Below the pieces are notes generated by a model. That model was not told the DNA's origin and made no database searches. It worked only from the letters and a program-made list of their open reading frames with translations. From the sequence record KJ019146.1: a stretch of DNA of 64,000 nucleotides. One strand, given 5' to 3'. Within the stretch, counting starts at the first letter, position 1. Each line of letters starts with the position of its first letter. This document shows positions 8,026 to 17,029 of the stretch, one piece after another. Position numbers and translations under genes: made by a program.

Positions 8026-10434
8026 ATGGCATTTAAGATTAATGGCGTAGTACGCATTGATAATAGTGGCAACGGTTTTCTGGGAATTGTAACCGCTACC
8101 GACGCTAATATCACAGGAGTTCTCACTGCCACTGAGGTGGATGCGAAAGTATCATCTAAGGCAATAACTGAACAAACAGATGGAACCGTAGATGATGTAA
8201 CTGGTGCAGATGAACTATTACTATTAGATGCTGAGACTGGTGGATTACTAAGAGTATCAATAGATGAGTTCGTGCAGGGTTCAGGCATTGGAACTCTAGT
8301 AACGGACTTTGATAACTTAACTGTTACTGGTATCACAACCGTTGCCACCCTCAAAGGTATTGGATCTAATAACATCAGTGTAGGGAGCACACTTTCCTTT
8401 GCTGATGGTACAGAGATCATCATGGGTGACTCTGGTGACTTCAGTATTCATCATGATGGTGACCATACTTACCTAGATGAGACGGGGCAGGGTAATCTAA
8501 AACTCCGTACAAATAACTTTAGAGTAACAAATATAGCAGAAACAAAACCAGCTATTACAGCACAGGTTACTTCTGGTGTTGAGTTGTATTTTGATGGTAA
8601 TAAGAAGATAGAAACTACAAATACTGGTGTTCTTGTGAGTGGTATGCTCACTGCTGATAGATTAAGATCAGGTGATATTGCTGCTAGAAATGTAATCACA
8701 CTGGGTATTACCACTATCCAAGATCATTTGGAAGTGAATGATAGTACTGGTTCTGGTACCGAATATAATCTTAATGTTAAGACTAATGGTAGTTCTACCT
8801 TTGGTGTCTTAGGTAATGGAAATATTCTACTTGGAAACAGTTCCGGTGCTCCATTCATGGCGACGAATGATCACCACGCAACTTCCAAGAAGTATGTGGA
8901 TGATGCTATTGATGATTCCGTCAGCTACATCGGCGCTAGTGCTTGGGGTAGTGTTGCTGCTGATGGATCACTTCGGAATGGACTAAACTGCACAACTTCA
9001 CAAACAAGTGGAGGGGTTTATCAAGTCACGTTCACAACTCCTCTTTCTAATGCAAACTATGCTATCACTGGAGCATCTAGTGATAGTGCTTTCTGGGTAA
9101 AAGATGGTTCAGAAACAGTCAATGGATTTACAGTTTATATAGTTGATGTAGATGGAAATTCAATAAATAGAGATTTATCCTTCGCCGTCTTCAGTGCCAA
9201 CGCCATCGTGCCGCCGTCAGGTGTAGGCGCTGACGCCTGGGGAACATTCTCTGGAACGACTGGCGACCTGCAAGCTGGGATGAATATCAGCTCAACTACA
9301 CGTACTGCCCTAGGAGAATATGACGTAGAATTTATAACCGAGATGCCTTCGGACTCAGAATATGCCGTAACCGCAGTATCTAATGCAAGTCAAGCAAAGT
9401 TTATTAATATACGCAATAAGTCTACAAGTGGTTTTAAGGTTGTAACTAGAGATGGTTCTGGAAATATTTCTGACGGAGCCGTATCCTTCGCCGTCCACGC
9501 ATCATCAACAGTCACGCCAACCTATACCTGGACACGCGACGGCACAACGCTGAAGACTGCTAATGATGGTGATGATGTAGAGGTGAACGGTCGGGGCCTT
9601 TTCGAAAGCAGCGAGCCGGCTGACTATGTTGTGAGAGTAAAAAACACCGACACAGGTACTATCAATCCCGCATGTTTGCTGCTGGACATGCGAGATGTCG
9701 ATGCTTCTAATAATTATTCAGCCTTAAGGGTAGTAGGTTACAACACTACAACAGGTCTTGATATAAATTCAGACGGCGCTATCACGGCTCAGGGGCAGAT
9801 AACCGCAAACGTCAGTAACCAAGGCGGAGAGAATAGTGCAATCAAGGCAATTCAAACCAACTCCAACGGGTATGCGGTATGGGTTGGTGATGGACCTAAC
9901 TCTACAGATAGAACCGCTTCTATAGGCCCTGATGGAAGAGCCACGTTTTCCTCCGGCAAAATTTCGCTGGGTCCGACCGGCTCGGGGACGTTTGCAGACA
10001 ATAACATCTTCCTGCAGTCGGACGGACAAGTCAGATGCACGAACGTAATTACATCTTCAGCTTTGGCAGGCTCAGGCACCAGACCATTATATGTCGACTC
10101 ATCTGGTGGTTTAACTATCAGCTCTTCTGATCGTAGTTTGAAGACGAACATCACTACTCTTCCTGATCAGATACAAGTAGTCAAAGCATTAAATCCCGTT
10201 TCGTTTAATTGGATAGAGAAAGAAAGACTAGGTGCAGGTCTTGAAATTGGATTTATTGCTCAAGAAGTAGAAGAAATCGTTCCTGAGGTTGTTCGTAGCA
10301 CTGCCGGAATACTTTCAGTAGATTATGCAAAATTAACCGCAACTTTAACGTCTGCCCTACAGGCAGCACTCACCCGCATCGAAGCCCTCGAAGCGAAAGT
10401 CCAATCACTCGAAGAAGGTGTGACACCTGACTAA
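8026..10434 (+). CDS. Tail fibre protein with C-terminal intramolecular chaperone (peptidase S74-like) domain
   Basis: SSDRSLKTNI...LNPVSFNW...GFIAQEVEEIVPEVV...VDYAKL chaperone, terminal coiled coil, late promoter. Confidence 0.85.
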   Translation: MAFKINGVVRIDNSGNGFLGIVTATDANITGVLTATEVDAKVSSKAITEQTDGTVDDVTGADELLLLDAETGGLLRVSIDEFVQGSGIGTLVTDFDNLTVTGITTVATLKGIGSNNISVGSTLSFADGTEIIMGDSGDFSIHHDGDHTYLDETGQGNLKLRTNNFRVTNIAETKPAITAQVTSGVELYFDGNKKIETTNTGVLVSGMLTADRLRSGDIAARNVITLGITTIQDHLEVNDSTGSGTEYNLNVKTNGSSTFGVLGNGNILLGNSSGAPFMATNDHHATSKKYVDDAIDDSVSYIGASAWGSVAADGSLRNGLNCTTSQTSGGVYQVTFTTPLSNANYAITGASSDSAFWVKDGSETVNGFTVYIVDVDGNSINRDLSFAVFSANAIVPPSGVGADAWGTFSGTTGDLQAGMNISSTTRTALGEYDVEFITEMPSDSEYAVTAVSNASQAKFINIRNKSTSGFKVVTRDGSGNISDGAVSFAVHASSTVTPTYTWTRDGTTLKTANDGDDVEVNGRGLFESSEPADYVVRVKNTDTGTINPACLLLDMRDVDASNNYSALRVVGYNTTTGLDINSDGAITAQGQITANVSNQGGENSAIKAIQTNSNGYAVWVGDGPNSTDRTASIGPDGRATFSSGKISLGPTGSGTFADNNIFLQSDGQVRCTNVITSSALAGSGTRPLYVDSSGGLTISSSDRSLKTNITTLPDQIQVVKALNPVSFNWIEKERLGAGLEIGFIAQEVEEIVPEVVRSTAGILSVDYAKLTATLTSALQAALTRIEALEAKVQSLEEGVTPD

Positions 10435-10447
10435 CTGGCACAGGGGG

Positions 10448-10476
10448 TTGGCACCCTGGGGAATCTGTGTTATAAT
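10448..10476 (+). promoter_or_regulatory. Sigma70-type promoter of psbA
   Basis: TTGGCA-17 nt-TATAAT with a TGn extension. Confidence 0.75.
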
Positions 10477-10514
10477 AAACACATAAATAAGAAATGTAAC
10501 GTTCTTATTACAAC

Positions 10515-10600
10515 ACTTCCATCTAACCGAGACCTATGGGGAAGTAAAATACGTCTCTAATACCTACACCGGAGGGTGGTGTAGGAATAATACTATCGTC
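10515..10600 (+). ncRNA. Structured psbA 5' leader, probably the PhotoRC-II motif
   Basis: GAGAC/GTCTC pairing and CCTACACC/GGTGTAGG hairpin; position upstream of a cyanophage psbA matches the known motif. Confidence 0.6.
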
Positions 10601-10634
10601 AGCTCCCCCTGGCACTACTTACCCTTTTTACACA

Positions 10635-11714
10635 ATGGCTTCAACACTTACACGCCGTCAAGGCGCATCTATCTGGGATCAGTTTTGTTCCTGGGTCACA
10701 TCAACCAACAATCGTCTTTACGTCGGTTGGTTCGGTGTTCTAATGATTCCTACATTGTTAGCCGCAACTGTATGTTTCATTATCGCTTTCGTGGGTGCTC
10801 CCCCAGTGGACATCGACGGAATCCGTGAACCAGTAGCTGGTTCACTCATGTATGGAAACAACATCATCTCTGGTGCAGTTGTTCCTAGTTCAAACGCAAT
10901 CGGTCTACACTTCTACCCAATCTGGGAAGCAGCCACACTCGACGAATGGCTCTACAACGGTGGTCCTTTCCAACTAGTTGTCTTCCACTTCCTTATTGGT
11001 ATCTACGCCTATATGGGACGTGAGTGGGAACTCTCTTATCGTTTAGGTATGAGACCTTGGATCTGTGTAGCATACTCTGCACCAGTTGCAGCAGCTTCAG
11101 CAGTATTCCTAGTCTATCCTTTCGGTCAAGGTTCATTCTCAGACGCGATGCCCTTGGGTATCTCTGGAACATTCAACTACATGTTGGTATTCCAAGCAGA
11201 ACATAACATCCTGATGCACCCCTTCCACATGTTGGGAGTCGCAGGTGTCTTTGGTGGTTCATTGTTCTCAGCGATGCACGGTTCACTTGTTACATCTTCA
11301 CTCGTAAGAGAGACAACTGAAACAGAATCCCAGAACTATGGTTACAAGTTTGGACAAGAAGAGGAGACCTACAACATCGTTGCAGCCCATGGCTACTTCG
11401 GTCGTTTGATCTTCCAATACGCCTCATTCAACAACTCCAGAAGTCTTCACTTCTTTCTCGCAGCGTGGCCCGTTGTAGGTATCTGGTTCACCGCACTTGG
11501 TGTTTCCACAATGGCATTCAACCTCAATGGTTTCAACTTCAACCAGTCTGTTATCGACGGACAAGGTAGAGTATTGAACACCTGGGCGGATGTATTGAAC
11601 AGAGCTGGTCTAGGTATGGAGGTGATGCATGAGAGAAATGCACACAACTTCCCACTAGATTTGGCAGCAGCTGAGTCCACACCTGTGGCTCTAATTGCAC
11701 CATCTGTTGGTTGA
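10635..11714 (+). CDS. psbA: Photosystem II D1 protein
   Basis: Unambiguous D1 sequence ([14 protein letters not shown]...[13 protein letters not shown]); uninterrupted 359 aa. Confidence 0.99.
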   Translation: MASTLTRRQGASIWDQFCSWVTSTNNRLYVGWFGVLMIPTLLAATVCFIIAFVGAPPVDIDGIREPVAGSLMYGNNIISGAVVPSSNAIGLHFYPIWEAATLDEWLYNGGPFQLVVFHFLIGIYAYMGREWELSYRLGMRPWICVAYSAPVAAASAVFLVYPFGQGSFSDAMPLGISGTFNYMLVFQAEHNILMHPFHMLGVAGVFGGSLFSAMHGSLVTSSLVRETTETESQNYGYKFGQEEETYNIVAAHGYFGRLIFQYASFNNSRSLHFFLAAWPVVGIWFTALGVSTMAFNLNGFNFNQSVIDGQGRVLNTWADVLNRAGLGMEVMHERNAHNFPLDLAAAESTPVALIAPSVG

Positions 11715-11736
11715 TCACTCAACCTGTGATATGATA

Positions 11737-11765
11737 AAAGGGGACTTCGGTCCCCTTTCTTTTTC
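11737..11765 (+). terminator. Intrinsic terminator with UUCG tetraloop
   Basis: AAAGGGGAC-TTCG-GTCCCCTTT followed by T-rich tail. Confidence 0.85.
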
Positions 11766-11784
11766 TTTTGTAATGTAAAGTTTT

Positions 11785-12015
11785 ATGTCTCACGATCTAA
11801 TCGAATTGCTCACTTACTATGTGATCGGTGGTGCCCTTATCATAGGACCACCCGCTATCTTTCTCATCATTGCTATGATGGCAGCACTCCAAAATACGAA
11901 AGGTCGCATGGTTGGATACAAAGATCACAAAACTTATGGTGATTCATCCATCTACGATCCGGCACCAAAATTGCCAGTAGATCAAACAAAATTCTTCTTG
12001 GAACTTAACAACTGA
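11785..12015 (+). CDS. Small single-TM hypothetical protein between psbA and psbD
   Basis: Hydrophobic stretch YYVIGGALIIGPPAIFLIIAMMAAL. Confidence 0.7.
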   Translation: MSHDLIELLTYYVIGGALIIGPPAIFLIIAMMAALQNTKGRMVGYKDHKTYGDSSIYDPAPKLPVDQTKFFLELNN

Positions 12016-12026
12016 GGTAAACAAAA

Positions 12027-13088
12027 ATGACGACAAGTACACTTGCACCCCCAAAAAGCAACGGGGGTTGGTATGATATTTTGGAAGACTGGCTTCTCAG
12101 AGATAGGTTTATCTTTATTGGCTGGTCTGGATTACTACTTCTTCCCACTGCTTATCTTGCCATTGGCGGCTGGCTTACTGGCACAACTTTTGTCACGAGT
12201 TGGTACACCCATGGTCTTGCTTCTTCCTATCTTGAGGGTGCTAACTTTCTCACGGCGGCTGTCTCGACTCCTGCTGATGCTATGGGTCATTCTCTTCTTC
12301 TACTTTGGGGTCCTGAATCTCAGGGCGACTTCCAGCGGTGGCTCCAACTTGGAGGGCTTTGGTCCTTTGTTGCTCTCCACGGTGCCTTCGCTCTAATTGG
12401 ATTCATGCTTCGTCAGTTTGAACTGTCACGACTCATTGGTATCCGTCCCTACAACGCTATTGCATTCAGTGGTCCTATCGCTGTATTCGTCAGTGTGTTT
12501 CTTCTATACCCACTAGGTCAATCTTCCTGGTTCTTTGCCCCCTCCTTTGGTGTGGCAGCAATCTTTAGATTCCTATTGTTTCTTCAGGGTTTCCACAACT
12601 GGACACTGAACCCCTTCCATATGATGGGAGTTGCTGGTATACTAGGTGGAGCACTACTATCTGCAATCCATGGCGTTACTGTTGAAAATACCCTATATGA
12701 AGATGGAGAACAGAATAACACCTTCACTGCGTTCGATTCCACCCAGGAGGAAGAGACCTATTCGATGGTTACTGCGAACCGCTTCTGGTCGCAAATCTTC
12801 GGGGTTGCGTTTAGTAATAAGCGTTGGCTTCACTTCTTTATGTTGTTTGTTCCTGTCATGGGTCTTTGGGTCTCAAGTATTGGGATCATTGGGCTTGCTC
12901 TTAATCTTCGTGCTTATGATTTTGTGAGCCAAGAGATTAGAGCAGCAGAAGATCCTGAGTTTGAAACTTTCTACACAAAGAACATCCTTCTTAACGAAGG
13001 ACTAAGAGCATGGATGGCACCTGTGGATCAACCACATGAGTCATTTGTATTCCCAGAAGAAGTTCTACCTAGAGGTAACGCATTGTGA
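12027..13088 (+). CDS. psbD: Photosystem II D2 protein
   Basis: [13 protein letters not shown]...[12 protein letters not shown]; GAGG RBS. Confidence 0.99.
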   Translation: MTTSTLAPPKSNGGWYDILEDWLLRDRFIFIGWSGLLLLPTAYLAIGGWLTGTTFVTSWYTHGLASSYLEGANFLTAAVSTPADAMGHSLLLLWGPESQGDFQRWLQLGGLWSFVALHGAFALIGFMLRQFELSRLIGIRPYNAIAFSGPIAVFVSVFLLYPLGQSSWFFAPSFGVAAIFRFLLFLQGFHNWTLNPFHMMGVAGILGGALLSAIHGVTVENTLYEDGEQNNTFTAFDSTQEEETYSMVTANRFWSQIFGVAFSNKRWLHFFMLFVPVMGLWVSSIGIIGLALNLRAYDFVSQEIRAAEDPEFETFYTKNILLNEGLRAWMAPVDQPHESFVFPEEVLPRGNAL

Positions 13089-13330
13089 TTAACGCACTCT
13101 TCACTTTTATATTTGCTGCGGTGATGTGGGTGCAAGTCCCACAGTGGCAGGATGATTGGTCTAAGTGCGCAGTAGATGTACCTGATGTTCAATGTCATTG
13201 GTATATCACAGCACCCGATAGCACCATGGGTGAAGGATTTAGTTGGGCGAATGCCCCTTGGTTCAGTGCTGAAGGTCTCCTTGATATTGGAGAACTTCAC
13301 AACACAGTTCAATCACTTCAGGAGGCATGA
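13085..13330 (+). CDS. Hypothetical protein with N-terminal hydrophobic segment
   Basis: GTG start overlaps the psbD stop; signal-like N-terminus, two Cys. Confidence 0.7.
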   Translation: MINALFTFIFAAVMWVQVPQWQDDWSKCAVDVPDVQCHWYITAPDSTMGEGFSWANAPWFSAEGLLDIGELHNTVQSLQEA

Positions 13331-13542
13331 TGAATATATTATTTTTAGTATTATACTTCGTCTGTTTCTGTCTCATTGCAGGTGGTGCCGCAGCTATGAT
13401 GTATGCAAACATACAATCTATCTGGAACACACCACCCGCTCTACCTAAACCAATTCATCCTGAGGCACCTGTAGCAGGTGAAGAGGTTATGTATGTCGAT
13501 CTAACAAGAGAAAAACTGGAAGATTTGTACCATGAACATTGA
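13327..13542 (+). CDS. Small membrane protein, DUF2973-like
   Basis: TM helix followed by HPEAP..GEEVMYV motif. Confidence 0.55.
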   Translation: MMNILFLVLYFVCFCLIAGGAAAMMYANIQSIWNTPPALPKPIHPEAPVAGEEVMYVDLTREKLEDLYHEH

Positions 13543-13654
13543 ATACCTTTTAGGTTGGGTTGCTATTCTTGTTTTGTTTATAGCAACACAGAATACTGAT
13601 GATGACGATGATCCAGAAGGTGGCATGATGGTCCCTTCTACCCAATACTCATAA
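13532..13654 (+). CDS. 40-aa membrane microprotein (MNIEYLLGWV...DDDDDPEGGMMVP)
   Basis: TM helix plus acidic DDDDD-GGMM tail; ends just before a terminator. Confidence 0.6.
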   Translation: MNIEYLLGWVAILVLFIATQNTDDDDDPEGGMMVPSTQYS

Positions 13655-13663
13655 CAAAACTAC

Positions 13664-13692
13664 AAGGGGATTGCTAACAATCCTCTTTTTTT
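13664..13692 (+). terminator. Intrinsic terminator closing the psbD operon
   Basis: AAGGGGATTG/CAATCCTCTT stem plus T run. Confidence 0.75.
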
Positions 13693-13776
13693 ATGCCTTT
13701 ATATTGCCTGATTGTTATATAATGTGTTTATTTTCACACAAACCATATACATAGAGTGTAGAACAAGAGGAGTATT

Positions 13777-13977
13777 ATGTTATCGCATAATCTTATTTCG
13801 CATAACCAATTAGAAGGTTGGCGAGAATCTTTTCAGAAGATAGATAAATCTACCAATAAAACAACAGACGAACTAAACCTAATTAATGATTACTATGATT
13901 GCTTAATAGAGTGTGATGATAACCAATCAGCATGTAAGCGTATCTGTAAACATGTATTGACATCTCCACCAATTTAA
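13777..13977 (+). CDS. Small protein with paired CxxxC motifs
   Basis: GAGGAG RBS; DCLIECDDNQSACKRIC. Confidence 0.75.
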   Translation: MLSHNLISHNQLEGWRESFQKIDKSTNKTTDELNLINDYYDCLIECDDNQSACKRICKHVLTSPPI

Positions 13978-13989
13978 ATATGTTAGAAT

Positions 13990-14016
13990 GGAGGGTATAA
14001 CAACCCTCCTTTTTTT
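13990..14016 (+). terminator. Intrinsic terminator
   Basis: GGAGGGT/ACCCTCC stem plus T run. Confidence 0.8.
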
Positions 14017-14184
14017 ATGCGATTCGATTTAACCATGGATGATTATGCCATCATCCTCAACGCATTACACTATTATAAGAAAGTAGAGAAGCGTGGCAAC
14101 TTCAAGCAGTATAATGAGGAGCGAGTTAACGATCTTAGGGACCGAATGGCCCACCAAATCGTCTGGGAACAGGGTGAAGAGTAG
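14017..14184 (+). CDS. Small hypothetical protein (55 aa, MRFDLTMDDYAIILNALHYYKK...)
   Basis: Open frame with protein-like composition; start could be 14035. Confidence 0.55.
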   Translation: MRFDLTMDDYAIILNALHYYKKVEKRGNFKQYNEERVNDLRDRMAHQIVWEQGEE

Positions 14185-14299
14185 CAAATACCACCATTTT
14201 CAGGAACCTCTCACCAAACCTTTGGGATACACTATGGGAAAACGGGTTGTTGATCGCCTATAATAAGGGGGTAGAACACAACTGGAGAGAAAATCCACT

Positions 14300-14680
14300 A
14301 TGAAAATCCAACAATCAATGCTTCGTCGTCTCGCCGCTAAGAAAGGAAAGACGCAGAACGGATTCACACTAATTGAACTGATGGTGGTTGTTGCTATCGT
14401 TGGTGTCCTGTCCGCTGTAGCACTTCCTCAACTCACTAAAGCACAAGACCGTGCTAAGTCCGCAGCCGCATCTTCCACCGCATTAAACGCTGCTAAGACT
14501 TGTTCAATCGCTATCATCGGCGGTGATTCTACAGAGGGTGACGTCGCTGAAGTTACCACAGGGGACGTTACCAATGGAGCGATCACTTGCGCTGATGATG
14601 CCGAATTCGTATTCATCGGTGGCGGAGACACATGGACAGTAGCGATGGATGACGGCATTCCCGGTAACCCTTCTAAGTAA
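14300..14680 (+). CDS. Type IV major pilin-like protein (class III signal peptide)
   Basis: Basic leader then G|FTLIELMVVVAIVGVLSAVALP (G-1, F+1, E+5); two Cys; GGAG RBS. Confidence 0.9.
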   Translation: MKIQQSMLRRLAAKKGKTQNGFTLIELMVVVAIVGVLSAVALPQLTKAQDRAKSAAASSTALNAAKTCSIAIIGGDSTEGDVAEVTTGDVTNGAITCADDAEFVFIGGGDTWTVAMDDGIPGNPSK

Positions 14681-14686
14681 AAATCA

Positions 14687-15250
14687 ATGAACCTAATGTC
14701 CGCTCTGGTAGGACTTAGTGTTATGGGGGCTGCGGCTCCCTCAATAACACAAATGTCCATCGCACCATTCGAAGCTCAAAAGAGAGCACAAAACCTTGGA
14801 GTCGCTGAAACTGCTGCTGTAGTATTCGCCGCTACTTACGAAGGTAAGCTCGAACTCCCAGAAGATACAGACACCTGTGTATCAAAGTTACGTGAAGGTA
14901 CTGCAAACGCTTTTAGCGTTACCTGTACTGAAGGTGATGGTAAGTATGTCCAAAGTGTCACTCGTGCCTTCCGTCTAGCTGTACCTGATTCAGAACTAGA
15001 TGGTGGTAATGGAACTGATACAAGCAGAGAGTTTGCATTTGAAACTCCTACTCGTTTCTCAGGACACCAATGTCCAATTCACGACAGATGGGGAACTAAT
15101 GGATACAACGATAGAAATTACTCTGCCTTAGGTGGAGCTTGTATTCCTAACGATGGTTGGAATCAAACTAATTATCAGTTCTCTAATCCAGACGCTTGGC
15201 TTTATGACATCAACAACCGTAATGGTTGGGGAGCACATCCTGACTACTAA
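14687..15250 (+). CDS. Pilin-like / minor pilin-like protein
   Basis: N-terminal hydrophobic helix (MNLMSALVGLSVMGAAAP) with pilin-like amphipathic continuation, four Cys; directly follows the pilin. Confidence 0.5.
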   Translation: MNLMSALVGLSVMGAAAPSITQMSIAPFEAQKRAQNLGVAETAAVVFAATYEGKLELPEDTDTCVSKLREGTANAFSVTCTEGDGKYVQSVTRAFRLAVPDSELDGGNGTDTSREFAFETPTRFSGHQCPIHDRWGTNGYNDRNYSALGGACIPNDGWNQTNYQFSNPDAWLYDINNRNGWGAHPDY

Positions 15251-15432
15251 TGATTGAGTTACTCGCATCTAGCATTATCATTTACGGTAATGCCAACGGG
15301 GTGTGGTCTCCCTCACATCCCGATATTTATCCTTATTCAGAACCACCTACACGAGTAGAAAAACCTGAAACTCCAAAAACATCTACGACTAGCGGAAATG
15401 GAGATATCATTTTCCCTCAACTATTAGAATAA
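15250..15432 (+). CDS. Small Pro/Thr-rich hypothetical protein
   Basis: Start overlaps the upstream stop; hydrophobic N-terminus. Confidence 0.55.
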   Translation: MIELLASSIIIYGNANGVWSPSHPDIYPYSEPPTRVEKPETPKTSTTSGNGDIIFPQLLE

Positions 15433-15453
15433 CTAAAACTAGGAAACACACAC

Positions 15454-15476
15454 AGGAGGGCAACCCTCCTTTTTTT
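15454..15476 (+). terminator. Intrinsic terminator closing the pilin cassette
   Basis: AGGAGGG-CAA-CCCTCCT plus T run. Confidence 0.8.
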
Positions 15477-15491
15477 GTGCTATAATTACTA

Positions 15492-15791
15492 GTGAGTTGT
15501 GAGACTACTATGGATGAAAGAATAAGAACTTTATATGTCTTTCAGTCGGATGATCGTCTCATAACTCATGACGGGCATGTTCAACTAGGTTGTCACAACA
15601 TGACTATGGAAGAGTTTATGTCTTTCGATAGGGAGAATATCCGATACATCGAAACCTACTGGTTGCCTGATGTATTTGGAAATAGGTATAAGCGTTCTAA
15701 CTTCCAAGCACACCAGAGGGTATCTGGGGAGAAGGGTGTATTAGAACTATCCAATAACCAACCAGAAAACAGACTTGATAGGTCTGTATAA
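15492..15791 (+). CDS. Hypothetical protein
   Basis: ORF after a TGCTATAAT promoter-like site; real start may be ATG 15510. Confidence 0.6.
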   Translation: MSCETTMDERIRTLYVFQSDDRLITHDGHVQLGCHNMTMEEFMSFDRENIRYIETYWLPDVFGNRYKRSNFQAHQRVSGEKGVLELSNNQPENRLDRSV

Positions 15792-15819
15792 GGCACCTAT
15801 ATACACAAAAAGGATTCCT

Positions 15820-16029
15820 ATGGGACCTATAATTGTATTTGCTTGTTTTCTACCTATAGTTGCTATATTCATTGTAATAAAACTAGCTGTTTGGGTAGAA
15901 GCTGTTAACTCCGAAACAAACTATGTCAGAGAAGAACCTTCAAGACAACGAGGACCTTGGGTGGAAAACCCATATGAGGATATTGATGTTGAGGAAGAGG
16001 AGTATGGAGATCGCACAGACTATCGATGA
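15820..16029 (+). CDS. Small single-TM protein with acidic tail
   Basis: MGPIIVFACFLPIVAIFIVIKLAVW TM segment; AGGA RBS. Confidence 0.6.
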   Translation: MGPIIVFACFLPIVAIFIVIKLAVWVEAVNSETNYVREEPSRQRGPWVENPYEDIDVEEEEYGDRTDYR

Positions 16030-16156
16030 AGCGATTAACGACTATTATTCGCTTCATGGACTCCCTGTTCCCGATTGGAAACTGAAAAAGAATCCAGACT
16101 GGTGGATTGAATACTTACTTTCTCTTGGATTAACTGATAACAATGAACCCCTTTAA
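16004..16156 (+). CDS. Small hypothetical protein (MEIAQTIDEAINDYY...)
   Basis: GAGGAG RBS before ATG 16004. Confidence 0.6.
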   Translation: MEIAQTIDEAINDYYSLHGLPVPDWKLKKNPDWWIEYLLSLGLTDNNEPL

Positions 16157-16313
16157 GATACTCGGACCTTTCCTGAACCTATTGGTGGTGTATAGTCTAT
16201 GGTATTCTGACTTATACAGTAGGAATCGATACTACGCATATGGTATTGTACTACTACACATTCTCGTACTGGCATCAATTCCAACCATACCCGCAATTCT
16301 ATATTGGTATTAA
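16143..16313 (+). CDS. 56-aa two-TM membrane protein
   Basis: Open frame filling the gap before talC; two hydrophobic segments. Confidence 0.5.
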   Translation: MNPFKILGPFLNLLVVYSLWYSDLYSRNRYYAYGIVLLHILVLASIPTIPAILYWY

Positions 16314-16315
16314 TT

Positions 16316-16966
16316 ATGAAGATCTTTTTAGACACCGCTGACTTGAATGAGATCAGAGAAGCATCATCCACTGGTTTGATTGATGGGGTGACTACCAACC
16401 CAACACTCATTCTAAAGAGTGGTAATGACCTATACTCCACTGCAAAACTATTACAACTAGAATACCCTACATTTGAGAGTATCTCCACTGAGGTGGTTGC
16501 AGACACCGCAGAGGAGATGGTAGAGCAGGCACGTCAGTATCTTAATATTGGATCTGCAATCACTGTTAAGGTTCCTTGTACTGTAGAGGGTCTTAAGGCG
16601 TGTAGAACACTCTCAGAGGAGGGTGTGAAGACCAATGTGACCCTTGTGTTCTCTGTATCCCAGGCTATCCTGGCAGCTAAGTCAGGAGCCACCTACGTGT
16701 CTCCCTTTGTTGGTAGGGTGAATGATAACTCCTTCAGTGGGGTTGCACTTATCCAAGCTATCTCAGAGACCTTCTCCCTACACAGGGTGAAGACAGAGGT
16801 ATTGGCAGCTTCAGTTCGTGAAGCAAACCAAGTAGGACGTTGTTTTGCAGCTGGTGCTGACATTTGTACCATCCCAACCAAAGTATTCTGGAAGATGTAC
16901 GAGCACATTCTCACAGAGAAAGGTTTAGAACTCTTCCAAAAGGACTGGGATAACTCAACACGATAG
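16316..16966 (+). CDS. talC: Transaldolase (TalC/FSA family)
   Basis: MKIFLDTAD, GVTTNPTLI, VKVP, ATYVSPFVGR and LAASVR motifs. Confidence 0.96.
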   Translation: MKIFLDTADLNEIREASSTGLIDGVTTNPTLILKSGNDLYSTAKLLQLEYPTFESISTEVVADTAEEMVEQARQYLNIGSAITVKVPCTVEGLKACRTLSEEGVKTNVTLVFSVSQAILAAKSGATYVSPFVGRVNDNSFSGVALIQAISETFSLHRVKTEVLAASVREANQVGRCFAAGADICTIPTKVFWKMYEHILTEKGLELFQKDWDNSTR

Positions 16967-16994
16967 GGTGTGAATATCCACACTTTAAGTATTA

Positions 16995-17002
16995 TATAAA
17001 TA
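16995..17002 (+). promoter_or_regulatory. T4-type late promoter
   Basis: TATAAATA upstream of ORF 17030. Confidence 0.6.
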
Positions 17003-17029
17003 TTAAAGAATACATATTTCTTTGCATAA

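Noticed and set aside
10495-10512. NtcA site (TGTAA-N8-TTACA) upstream of psbA
   Set aside because: The spacing is GTA-N10-TAC rather than GTA-N8-TAC. It is a palindrome of unknown meaning.
10635-13088. Group I intron or homing endonuclease in psbA/psbD
   Set aside because: Both genes are contiguous and full length. The only HNH gene is about 7.5 kb away.
13777-13977. CP12
   Set aside because: It lacks the AWD.VEEL core and the CP12 C-terminal Cys spacing.
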